DNA from: Eledone cirrhosa | Lineage: Eukaryota | Direction: 5' to 3' | Assembly: GCA_964016885.1 (NCBI GenBank) | Contig: OZ024742.1 | Span: forward strand, 360,654,001-360,718,000 | Length of the DNA: 64,000 nucleotides | Part shown: one piece after another, positions 1-10,368 of the stretch | Position numbering within the stretch: position 1 is the stretch's first letter | How the letters are laid out: each line of letters starts with the position of its first letter | Notes under the pieces: generated by a model | Databases searched by the model: none | The model's input: the letters and a program-made list of their open reading frames with translations, nothing else | What the model was told of the DNA's origin: nothing | Position numbers and translations under genes: made by a program

Positions 1-53
1 ACAAGGATGGTGGCGGTGATGTCTTGAGGATTTCTTACGTAGAAGACAGATGA
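1..53 (+). other. Possible 3' end of a terminal coding exon (...KDGGGDVLRISYVEDR*)
   Basis: Open frame from position 3 to TGA at 51-53 with coding-like composition. It is followed by AT-rich sequence with AATAAA at 206-211. Too short to identify. Confidence 0.25.
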
Positions 54-1269
54 AAACTAAAGTGACTATATATAAAAAAAAAAAATCTCAAAGGATTTTT
101 GTCTAGTGATTCTATCATTCACTGCCTTAACAACACAATTCTTTGCCATCTTCATCATCACTAACAGCATCAAACATCGTTGACATTAAACCTTAATAGA
201 ACACCAATAAAATATAGGAATTACAAATAAGTATTGAAGTTTGCTTTAGTATTTCATAATATTCCACGCACCAGTTACATTAACCAAATTACGATTACCA
301 ATGTGTGAAATACGTATCAATACACACACAAGGACAATAAATAACACGCATATACATACATGTGCACATATATACATCTATAAAATATATGTGTATTAGA
401 CAAAAATCTTTGAGAAACAATCATAGCACGTAGTATCTACGTTAAGTTGTTGTCTGACTTTGCACACGTGTACACATACATAGAGTTTGCTTTTATTACA
501 CACGTGTACACATGTATACTTACTGACACACATATAACTTACACACATATAACTTGCCAGGCTTATCAAATTACATATACAGCTCCATTCATATTCTTCT
601 AAACGAGACGTATTTTATACAATATACAAGGTTCCCCCTCCTATACGTTTACATTCCTACACTTACTATATACTGACATAGACACACACACATCTAAATA
701 ATTCGCTGCTTAATCAAAATAAACACACACATGGAAATAGGGGCATACAGGAAAATATATAGATATAGATATATAGAGAGAGAGATAGATAGATACATTA
801 ATAAATTTATTCTCGCGTGTATTTCATTTTGATACGAATAAAACCACCAAGCCAGCCTCTTTCTCTCTCTCCTTCCTTCCTTCACATAGTCAAAGAGCAA
901 CAAGGAGACAGAGTGGGCGAAAGTGTGTTCTCTAAACTTGTTCGGCTTCTGCCCTGAAATATGTGAGGGGCAAATACCATATAGGTTCTGTGGCTTAGCC
1001 CAGGGCATATCACACCTTTAAATGAGGAGAGACGAACCCACGAACACTACTCACTCAGTCTACAGTGGAAGTCCATCCACATAAGTCATCGTAGCATCTC
1101 ATACCAACTTTGTAACACTTTACACACACATGATCCCATTACACACACATATATCTCAAGTACTACTACATAAGTGTTGACAACGTAAACATCAAGCATT
1201 TGGCTCCGTTTAACAAAGCCAAACGAAAAAGTGTTGTGCTGTTTTTTGGCTCAGCCTTTTCAGGCAGGG

Positions 1270-1436
1270 ATCGATCGCGTTAATTATTACTGTTATTTTA
1301 TTTTAATATTATTTCGTGTTGTTGCTGGTACCAAAGGAAATATTGTTCACTTCAGGTCAATTATCGGAACTATATTTACCTTGGATATTTTAACTGTCTC
1401 GCTAAAGGATTCAACTCGCTACACTTCTAGGTGAGT
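1270..1436 (+). other. Candidate non-coding (5') exon ending at a consensus splice donor
   Basis: CTAG|GTGAGT at 1427-1436 is a perfect 5' splice site in unique sequence. The exon start is a guess. Confidence 0.3.
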
Positions 1437-2280
1437 AAACCATTAGTTCTATAACTTTACCAAAGAATCTTGCTACAAATCTATATATTTCTATCTCTTC
1501 AGCTGTCAATTTTCTCCTAGCTATCATTCCGTGTATTTTTTGTTTAAAAGTATCCAGGAGGATTCTCCTGTTTATTAGCTCCAGTTACATTAGTGAATGT
1601 GGTTCTAAAGAAAACTTGGTAAATTTTTACTATAACATCCATCTCAAAGAAGGTTGTTATAGAGTTCTCTGGTGGAGGGAGTAATTTACGACACTTTTTG
1701 AAGACCACATCTAAAAATCATAAGAAAAACATACATTTCACTTTCAAAATTCTACTCAAACCTGTCAACACTACCCTTAATTTTTTTTAATGTTTACTAT
1801 TACGCTTGTCTCGGAAACGAGTGTAATAAAGCATTTACCGAAAACTAATCTTAGACTTTTCAAAGGTTAACTGAAGGTTTTAAAATATAATTTATTTACA
1901 GTCATATTAGCAGGCTGTCTTTGGAAGCAATTTACACTACATACACTAACAATTAACATAACAAATGATGTGTATTAAAACTAACAAGAGGAAAAATAAT
2001 TAAAGAAGTAAAAATGGTTACAAGAAGCGCTGGAACTTCCCTTCATCTCTAGATATGAGTTTTAACATGTTTAAAAAGTGACTTTTCTTGTCTAGAATTG
2101 CTGGAAAATGTTTTTTTTTTATTTTTTATTTTTTTTTTACATCATATACATACATATATGTATGTATGTATTGACGAATGTTGAAAATTTAATATATTAA
2201 ATTCTTTTTCTTTTCGTAACTTGTACATTTATTACAAGTTAAGTTTGTGTTGTACCAACTTTAGAATTACCGACTGTCAT

Positions 2281-2415
2281 ACGTCCCTTTACGATCTGAG
2301 TTCAAATCCCGCCGAGGTTAACTTTGCCTTTCATCCATACAGAGGTCGATAAAATAAAGTACCAGTAATGTACTGGGTATTTGCTGGCCTTGTGCCAAAA
2401 GTAGAAACAATTATA
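2281..2415 (+). mobile_element. tRNA-derived SINE family A (octopus OK-like), 5'-truncated
   Basis: GAGTTCAAATCCC B-box, then TTAACTTTGCCTTTCATCC..GGTCGATAAAATAAAGTACCAG and a GCTGGCCTTGTGCCAAAAGTAGAAACAATT tail. The same sequence recurs at 10086, 15394, 18390, 31200 and 34708. Confidence 0.85.
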
Positions 2416-2516
2416 ACAGAACTAGCAATGTGCGTGCGTGTTAGACTGTGTAGCATCAGAGTCCATAGTCTTATATTCTCTGTAAAGTGCTAGATTTAAG
2501 GAATATACGGTCATTG

Positions 2517-2948
2517 AATCATTACCAAAACCGCCCTCGGTTTTATTATGCAAAGCTATTTATTTTAAATATTTATATTTATGTAAAAAATCTTCCATTA
2601 TAATTTTAAGAGCTCTTGAAAACCCTTTCGATACCAAATCATCCTTGGTTTTAGGATACAAAACTGTTTCTTTTAAAGTGTTTATATTTATTAAAAAACC
2701 TATCATAATTCTATGTAAGAACTAAACCGCCAGAAACCACCCCTGAGTTTTGGAAACAAACTTTATTTTAAAGTATATTTTTATCTAAAAACCTTCCATC
2801 ATCTTAAGATACTGTAAAGTTATGTTCCAAACATCAGTATAAGTTATTTATATAACTAAACCTGTTAAAATTCTTGATTATTTTCGAAATTATTTGACAA
2901 AATCATAAGCAGTGTCTTTTATTAGAAATATGGTAAGGAAAGGGCTAA
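2517..2948 (+). mobile_element. TTAA-type (piggyBac-like) MITE family 1 with an internally triplicated 5' part
   Basis: Left end AACCCTTTCG at ~2621 and right end GCAGTGTCTTTTATTAGAAATATGGTAAGGAAAGGGCTAA to 2948. Homologous to 35278-35532 and 55394-55553. Confidence 0.65.
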
Positions 2949-3409
2949 AGATATATACAGTATATACTGGTGACACGTTAAATGGTAAGGAATAGTTGAC
3001 ATTGCTTTAGGAAAGGCTGAAGGATATATCGTAGATGAAGGAAGGTTTGGTGGTGGGTTGAAGTGATGGTGTGTCAGACAAACTGAAGTGAGGGACAGAA
3101 GTGGTGCAAGGCAGCCGAAATATTAATATCTGAATGTATGTACAGTGTGTGTATAGACATTTTACCAAGTAAAGTCCGTGTATACACATATGTGTGTGTG
3201 TCTGTATGAATGTGTGTCGGGACGTGTGTGTGTCTATGTATAGATGTGTGTAAGTATATATATACACACATATATGTGTGTATGAACATGTGTGTGCGTG
3301 TGTATGGACGTGTGTGTGTTTATGTATAGACACGTGTATGTCATTGTATAGATGTGTGTATGTGTATATATATGTGTGTGTGTCTTTGTAAAGACATGTA
3401 TGTCATTGT

Positions 3410-6352
3410 ATAGACGTGTGTATGTGTGTCTATATACAGACATGTGTATGTGTTTCTATATACAGACATGTGTATGTGTTTCTATATACAGACGTGTGTA
3501 TGTTTCTATATACAGACATGTGTATGTGTTTCTATATACAGACGTGTGTATGTTTCTATATACAGACATGTGTATGTGTTTCTATATACAGACATGTGTA
3601 TGTGTTTCTATATACAGACATGTGTATGTGTTTCTATATACAGACATGTGTATGTGTTTCTATATACAGACATGTGTGTGTTTCTATATACAGACATGTG
3701 TATGTGTGTCTATATACAGACGTGTGTATGTGAATCTATATACAGACGTGTGTATGTGAATCTATATACAGACGTGTGTATGTGTGTCTATATACAGACG
3801 TGTGTATGTGAATCTATATACAGACGTGTGTATGTGTGTCTATATACAGACGTGTGTATGTGTGTCTATATACAGACGTGTGTATGTTTCTATATACAGA
3901 CGTGTGTATGTTTCTATATACAGACGTGTGTATATGTTTCTATATACAGACGTGTGTATATGTGTCTATATACAGACGTGTGTATATGTGTCTATATACA
4001 GACGTGTGTATGTGTGTCTATATACAGACGTGTGTATGTGTGTCTATATACAGACGTGTGTATGTGTTTCTTTATACAGACGTGTGTATGTGTGTCTATA
4101 TACAGACGTGTGTATGTGTGTCTATATACAGACGTGTGTATGTGTGTCTATATACAGACGTGTGTATATGTCTATATACAGACGTGTGTATGTGTTTCTA
4201 TGTACAGACATGTGTATGTGTTTCTATATACAGACGTGTGTATGTGTGTCTATATACAGACGTGTATATGTTTCGATATACAGACGTGTGTATGTGTGTC
4301 TATATACAGACGTGTGTATGTGTGTCTATATACAGACGTGTGTATGTGTGTCTATATACAGACGTGTGTATGTGTGTCTATATACAGACATGTGTATGTG
4401 TGTCTATATACAGACGTGTGTATGTTTCTATATACAGACGTGTGTATGTGTGTCTATATACAGACGTGTGTATGTGTTTCTATATACAGACGTGTGTATG
4501 TGTTTCTATATACAGACGTGTGTATGTGTGTCTATATACAGACGTGTGTATGTGTTTCTATATACAGACGTGTGTATGTGTTTCTATATACAGACGTGTG
4601 TATGTATGTCTATATACAGACGTGTGTATGTTTCTATATACAGACGTGTGTATGTGTGTCTATATACAGACGTGTGTATGTTTCTATATACAGACGTGTG
4701 TATGTTTCTATATACAGACGTGTGTATGTTTCTATATACAGACGTGTGTGTGTTTCTATATACAGACATGTGTGTGTTTCTATATACAGACATGTGTGTG
4801 TTTCTATATACAGACATGTGTGTTTCTATATACAGACATGTGTGTGTTTCTATATACAGACATGTGTGTGTTTCTATATACAGACGTGTGTATGTGTTTA
4901 TATATACAGACGTGTGTATGTGTTTATATATACAGACGTGTGTATGTGTGTCTATATACAGACATGTGTGTGTGTTTCTATATACAGACATGTGTGTGTT
5001 TCTATATACAGACATGTGTGTTTTTCTATATACAGACATGTGTATGTGTTTCTATATACAGACGTGTGTATGTTTCTATATACAGACGTGTGTATGTGTT
5101 TCTATATACAGACGTGTGTATGTTTCTATATACAGACGTGTGTATGTTTCTATATACAGACATGTGTATGTGTTTCTATATACAGACGTGTGTTTGTGTG
5201 TCTATGTATAGATGTGTGTAAGTATATATATACACACATATGTGTGTATGAACATGGGTGTGCGTGTGTATGGACGTGTGTGTGTCTTTGTAAAGACATG
5301 TATGACATTGTATAGACGTGTGTATGTGTCTGAATATACAAGCGTGTGTGTGTATACACGCGTGTTTCTGTATATAACGGACGTGTGTATATGTTTCTGT
5401 ATACACGCGTGTTTCTGTATATAACGGACGTATGTATATGTTTCTATATACAGACGTGTGTATGTGTTTCTATATACAGATGTGTGTATGTGTTTCTATA
5501 TACAGACATGAATATGTGTTTCTATATACAGACATGAATATGTGTTTCTATATACAGACGTGTGTATGTGTTTCTATATAGACGTGTGTATGTGTTTCTA
5601 TATACAGACGTGTGTATGTGTATCTATATACAGACGTGTGTATGTGTATCTATATACAGACGTGTGTATGTGTGTCTATATACAGACGTGTGTATGTGTG
5701 TCTATATACAGACGTGTGTATGTGTGTCTATATACAGACGTGTGTATGTGTGTCTATATACAGACATGTGTATGTGTGTCTATATACAGACATGTGTATG
5801 TGTGTCTATATACAGACGTGTGTATGTGTGTCTATATACAGACGTGTGTATGTGTGTCTATATACAGACGTGTGTATGTGTGTCTATATACAGACGTGTG
5901 TATGTGTCTATATACAGACGTGTGTATGTGTCTATATACAGACATGTGTATGTGTGTCTATATACAGACATGTGTATGTGTGTCTATATACAGACATGTG
6001 TATGTGTGTCTATATACAGACGTGTGTATGTGTGTCTATATACAGACGTGTGTATGTGTTTCTATATACAGACGTGTGTATGTGTGTCTATATACAGACA
6101 TGTGTATGTGTGTCTATATACAGACGTGTGTATGTGTGTCTATATACAGACGTGTGTATGTGTGTCTATATACAGACGTGTGTATGTGTGTCTATATACA
6201 GACGTGTGTATGTGTGTCTATATACAGACATGTGGATGTGTGTCTATATACAGACATGTGTATGTGTTTCTATATACAGACATGTGTATGTGTGTCTATA
6301 TACAGACGTGTGTATGTGTGTCTATATACAGACGTGTGTATGTGTTTACAGA
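3410..6352. repeat. 26-bp minisatellite (TGTGTATGTGTGTCTATATACAGACG, with 24-bp variants)
   Basis: Direct tandem repetition; the 26-aa periodicity of the spurious ORFs equals 3 x 26 bp. Interrupted at ~5190-5440. Confidence 0.95.
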
Positions 6353-6569
6353 TATGTGCATGTGGGTGTTTGAATGTTAAAAAAGGAAGAACTACTCATT
6401 ACCGCAATAGAATGTAATTGTTTATCAACGCTAAAACTTTTCTCTTTCTACTTCAAGTTTCGCGATTCCTCGCTGATCACACAACAGAAGTTTGTATTAT
6501 AAAGTATAGCAAATATTATGAATATAGACAACGTCTCTGAAATAATAAGACATTATAGAGGAACATTCT

Positions 6570-6715
6570 GGTAAAAGGGGCTTTGCAGCTATACGGTTCT
6601 GGGTCCAGTCCCACTCTACGGCATCTTGGGGAGCAATTGTCCTAAATGGCCTCGGGTTCACTAATGCTGTGCGAGTGGAATTTGATAAACGAAAACTGCA
6701 GAAAACTGTCGTGCA
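6570..6715 (+). mobile_element. Degenerate tRNA-derived SINE (octopus OR-like) followed by a (CA/TA)n tail
   Basis: GGTTCTGGGTCCAGTCCCACT..GGCATCTTGGG..GGCCTCGGG..GAGTGGAATTTGATAAACGAAAACTG resembles an octopus SINE recalled from memory. Microsatellite follows at 6715-6880. Confidence 0.6.
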
Positions 6716-6973
6716 TACACACATACAAACACACACACATGCATACATGTATACACACATATATACACACATATATACACACATACACACATTTATATAT
6801 ACACATACACATATATATACACACACACACATATATACACACACATGCATACATGTATACACAAACACATATATATAGTGATAATAATAAATATGAGGAC
6901 TAAAATCCAAAGAGGGTTCGATAAGGATAAATCAGATATATAAGCGACTCGTTGCTTAAACTTTAATCTGTTA

Positions 6974-7016
<43 letters not shown>

Positions 7017-7236
7017 GCATACATATACATACACAGTACAGGTTAAATCTTATTTTAGCGTGCAAAAACAAAATGTGAAAGTGCAAAGAAAATTCTGCGA
7101 TAAACTAAAAAATATTCATTGGAAATATTGTAGACGAAGGTGCTGGGGGTGGCATTAGGTGTTTGGTCCAGTGTGGAAAGGAATGCAGGCAAATGTTCTC
7201 TACTGGAAAAAAACAAGTATTCTTGCGGGCGTCATA

Positions 7237-7541
7237 TACTCTCAGGTCTTAAATAATGCCCCCCCCCCCCCCCATTAGATTTTACTAATCTTCTCCAGCG
7301 AAATTTTATTGTAGGTGATTCATATCGATATAATAATTATATTTTCATTAAAAAAACATTATATATGACAAACAAAGAACATAAGAAATCCAGTATTTAC
7401 GAACGTACACTATATAATTACCGATAACCCCTACCCCCGTTTATTCCACTCCACCACCCCCACATTATAAGAATTTAAGTAAATGTCCAACCCCCACCCC
7501 TGCCTATTCCCCTCACCCCTATTATTTGGAGCCCGGGACTG
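7237..7541 (+). mobile_element. TA-type MITE (Tc1/mariner-pogo-like), copy 1
   Basis: Left TIR TACTCTCAGGTCTTAAATAAT and degenerate right TIR ATTATTTGGAGCCCGGGACTG. The interior (GCGAAATTTTATT, CATTAAAAAAACATTATA, AATTACCGAT) is shared with 7905-8194. Confidence 0.7.
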
Positions 7542-7544
7542 TCA

Positions 7545-7875
7545 GTAAGGCAAGCCGCTAACAATGGCAAGAACTTTGTTGTCAGTGACCCAGCTTCCTC
7601 CGCCCAAAAAAATTCGAACGTCACAGACTGGAAAAAATAGTTTGCCGATGATTCTTGGCATTTTAGAAATTTATTCCGTTTGGCTACGTAAGCAGTGACC
7701 CCCACCTTAATGGCAGCATTTAGGATGTGGGAAGGAGCTAAAGAATCGTTTACTGTAGTATCCCACATGAGGCATCTACCTTTTACCCAGGCCAGGAGTA
7801 AAGGGTAAGACCATCTACTGTCTGTCTAATCAACCCTGGACAATCTAACTGGTTCCAGGATTGATGAGATATTGA
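7545..7875 (-). pseudogene. CRE-clade non-LTR retrotransposon restriction-like endonuclease (RLE) fragment
   Basis: Frameshifted minus-strand translation SILEPVRLSRVD*..DGLT..AWVKGRCLMWDTTVNDSLAPSHI..AKRNKFLK..NYFFQSVTFE. This matches the CRE RLE pattern EPxGLxRxDGKRPDGLTLxPWxxGRxLxWDxTxxDTxAPSH..KxxKY..YxFxPxxxE. Confidence 0.8.
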
Positions 7876-7904
7876 CTGGAGCAAGAGTACACTATCCTAC
7901 CAAC

Positions 7905-8194
7905 TACTCTCAGGTCTAGAATAATCGTCTTAACCGCACTTAAACCACCACACTCCCGCTTATTAAATGTTGCTAATATATCTCTGGCGAAATTTTATTT
8001 TAAGAGGTAGCATTCCTTCAACAATTAATTTTCTTTAGACATTAAAAAACATTATACAGGACAAAAAAAACAAAAAAACGTCCGTTACTCAATATGTAAA
8101 CTAAACGACTAATTCTGGTTTTAAAAAATCAACGGGGACAACCTAGAAAAATTACCGATTTTCCAACCCCGCTATTATTTGGCACATGAGAGTA
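7905..8194 (+). mobile_element. TA-type MITE (Tc1/mariner-pogo-like), copy 2
   Basis: TIRs TACTCTCAGGTCTAGAATAAT (7905) and ATTATTTGGCACATGAGAGTA (8174-8194; reverse complement TACTCTCATGTGCCAAATAAT). Confidence 0.75.
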
Positions 8195-8664
8195 CTTATT
8201 TGATCTCGGACGACTGGGCTTCATACTCCGGGATGAAGTAATGGAAACTACAAATATGACATCATTAATCCCTCAGTTTTAGGAACTAAAACGTTGAGTG
8301 ATTAAACAGGAACTATTTTTTGAAGGACGAACGTTGTTGGAATTGAAACTTTCTTAGAAATAAGGAATTTACTTTCGTTTCTTTTGAAATTTACTCTCAC
8401 TTTTTTTTTCTCTTTTGGCACCCTAAAATAAGATTTAACCCTTGTACGAACACACCCCCACATGCACGCGCGCACTCACAGCAAACTGTGTGCTATGGCT
8501 GTCATTATCATCATTTAACGCCAGTTTGCCGTTAAATGATGTTTTTTAATACTGTAATGTCAACATTTACCTATCATTACAGATACAGATACACACACAG
8601 ATACATACACATATCTACATACACATAGATACATATACACATACAGACACATATCATTATGATG

Positions 8665-8795
8665 ATCATCTTCATCACTTTTACTACGTCCACATTTCCA
8701 TGCTTGCATGGATTTAACGGATCCTCTCGTCACTTGTTACTTCCTTTGTCAACTCCACCGTGGGTTCCAGCATCCTGAGATCCACTGTCACTACT
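8665..8795 (-). mobile_element. RTE-LINE 3' end fragment
   Basis: CATCATC tail plus TTTCCATGCTTGCATGG and CTTTGTCAACTCCACCGTG, as in 26856-27130 and 31581-31930. Confidence 0.6.
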
Positions 8796-8838
8796 ACAAC
8801 TACCCACTCCCCCTTACACACAGAGGTAGTCTTACCCT

Positions 8839-9341
8839 TTACGCCCTTAGTCAAAAATGAAACTAACGATAATGGGGAATGTAAAAACAGATAATTTAGT
8901 ATTCTTGATTTACCGAAACGAATAAGTTCTGTTTCGATATGGATGCATCTATATTAACTATATGCTATTGTTGTATTTGTTCGTAATACATGTGCTTTTA
9001 AAAGGAATTTTTTGTTACAATATATATACAGGAAGCATTAAGTATATCTTGTTAACGAGCATCAAAACTTCATTACAAGTATAAACCCGTTTTTCTCTGT
9101 AAATATAAGTTTTGCATTTGTAATTTTTTTATTCTTGCAATCAAAATATACACAGTTTCATGAATATGTAAAAGTAATTTCAATTTAAAAGTACGTCTAT
9201 TACGATAAATAAACAGTATTTAGTTAATTTAGAAGTATCCACGTTAAAATACGATAATTTCGTTTCGGTAATTCAAGAAAACCAAGTTATATTTTTTACA
9301 TTTTCCATTATCGTTACTTTCGTTTTTAACTTGGAACGTAA
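8839..9341. mobile_element. Fold-back MITE with long imperfect TIRs
   Basis: TTACGCCCTTAGTCAAAAATGAAACTAACGATAATGGGGAATGTAAAAA..TTCTTGATTTACCGAAACGAA matches the reverse complement of 9257-9341 (TTACGTTCCAAGTTAAAAACGAAAGTAACGATAATGGAAAATGTAAAAA..TTCTTGAATTACCGAAACGAA). The symmetry extends further inward. Confidence 0.8.
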
Positions 9342-9370
9342 TCAACAAGGTAACACACACAAACGCGCGC

Positions 9371-9464
9371 TTATTATGTCTAAATAGTTAGGCTTGTTAC
9401 TTTGGAGTTACACCTGCGCAGGTGAAACTCCAAAGTAACAAGCCTAACTATTTAGACATAATAA
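9371..9464. repeat. 94-bp near-perfect palindrome (probable Penelope-like inverted end with a hammerhead 3' half)
   Basis: 47-bp arms centred on CCTGC|GCAGG with one mismatch. The right arm contains GAAACT-CCAA-AGTA. Confidence 0.85.
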
Positions 9465-9582
9465 ATGAATATTTAAACTCTACTTCGGTATTGAGTACTC
9501 TTGCAACCTTTAGCAAAGTGACTTCAACTATAGCCTCGAGTTATCCGATGCATTGTGAGTCACACAGACACACACATACACA

Positions 9583-9667
9583 TACAGGAAGTCCCCCCCC
9601 CAAAAAAAATGATACATACTTTAACAGCATTCTAATAAAAGTGTGTATATTTATGGGACATCCTGTG
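9583..9667. mobile_element. Very short Tc1/mariner-like MITE remnant
   Basis: TACAGGAAGTCCC...GGGACATCCTG inverted ends around ~55 bp. Confidence 0.5.
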
Positions 9668-9784
9668 TGTATATATATATACACACACACTACCGACTGT
9701 AGTGTAAACAGACGAAAAGTACTCGACGACTTGGCTCCCTTAAAATATGTATGTATATATATAGCATGTATTACATGTATATAT

Positions 9785-9824
<40 letters not shown>

Positions 9825-9829
9825 CATGT

Positions 9830-9980
9830 ATATATGTATGTCACAAGTGTAGTGTTTGTACCAGAATTTTCAAGTCGCTGGCTGGACTAAAAAGTCACAC
9901 TCGTTCAGCGCATCGGTGGGGGTTCTCCTACATGGATATAAAGTAGTGGCCGTACACGAAAAAAAGGTGGCAGCCACCAT
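9830..9980 (+). mobile_element. 5'-truncated LINE (RTE-like) 3' end encoding a C2H2-like finger
   Basis: HKCSVCTRIFKSLAGLKSHTRSAH, then a short 3' UTR ending GTGGCAGCCACC(AT)n. Flanked by a duplicated TATATATAGCATGTATTACATGTATA (~9756 and ~9980). Confidence 0.65.
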
Positions 9981-10085
9981 ATATATAGCATGTATTACAT
10001 GTATACATATATCTCATCATCATCATCATCGTTTAACGTCTATCTTCCACGATAGCATGGGTTAGACATTATATATATATATATA

Positions 10086-10278
10086 TAATTGTTTCTACCT
10101 TTGGCACAAGGCCAGCAATTACACAGTGTATTACTGGTACTTTATTTTATCGACCCCGTAAGGATGAAAGGCAAAGTTAACTTCGGCGGGATTTGAACTC
10201 AGAATGGAAAGGGCCGTAACTCTTTGCGTCACAGCATGGCGTCCGACCCTCTACCGATACTGCCAATTCACCGCCTTA
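10086..10278 (-). mobile_element. SINE family A, near full length
   Basis: The minus strand reads GGCGGTGAATTGGCAGTATCGGTAGAG (A-box), GAGTTCAAATCCC (B-box) and the GCCTTGTGCCAAAGGTAGAAACAATT tail. Confidence 0.9.
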
Positions 10279-10368
10279 AAATGTGTGTTATTGCTGTTTA
10301 TGTTACATAAATTCAACCAAATGAGATCGATAAAATAAGTATCAGTCTTGAAAAGAATAATTACTGAA

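Noticed and set aside
1797-1830. Short imperfect hairpin TATTACGCTTGT..ACGAGTGTAATA
   Set aside because: It is too short and isolated to assign. It may be a transposon terminal palindrome but is not a supportable terminator or RNA gene.
3352-6417. ORFs up to 629 aa, Cys/Val/Tyr-rich
   Set aside because: All three frames are open because the 26-bp repeat lacks stops; this is a repeat artefact.
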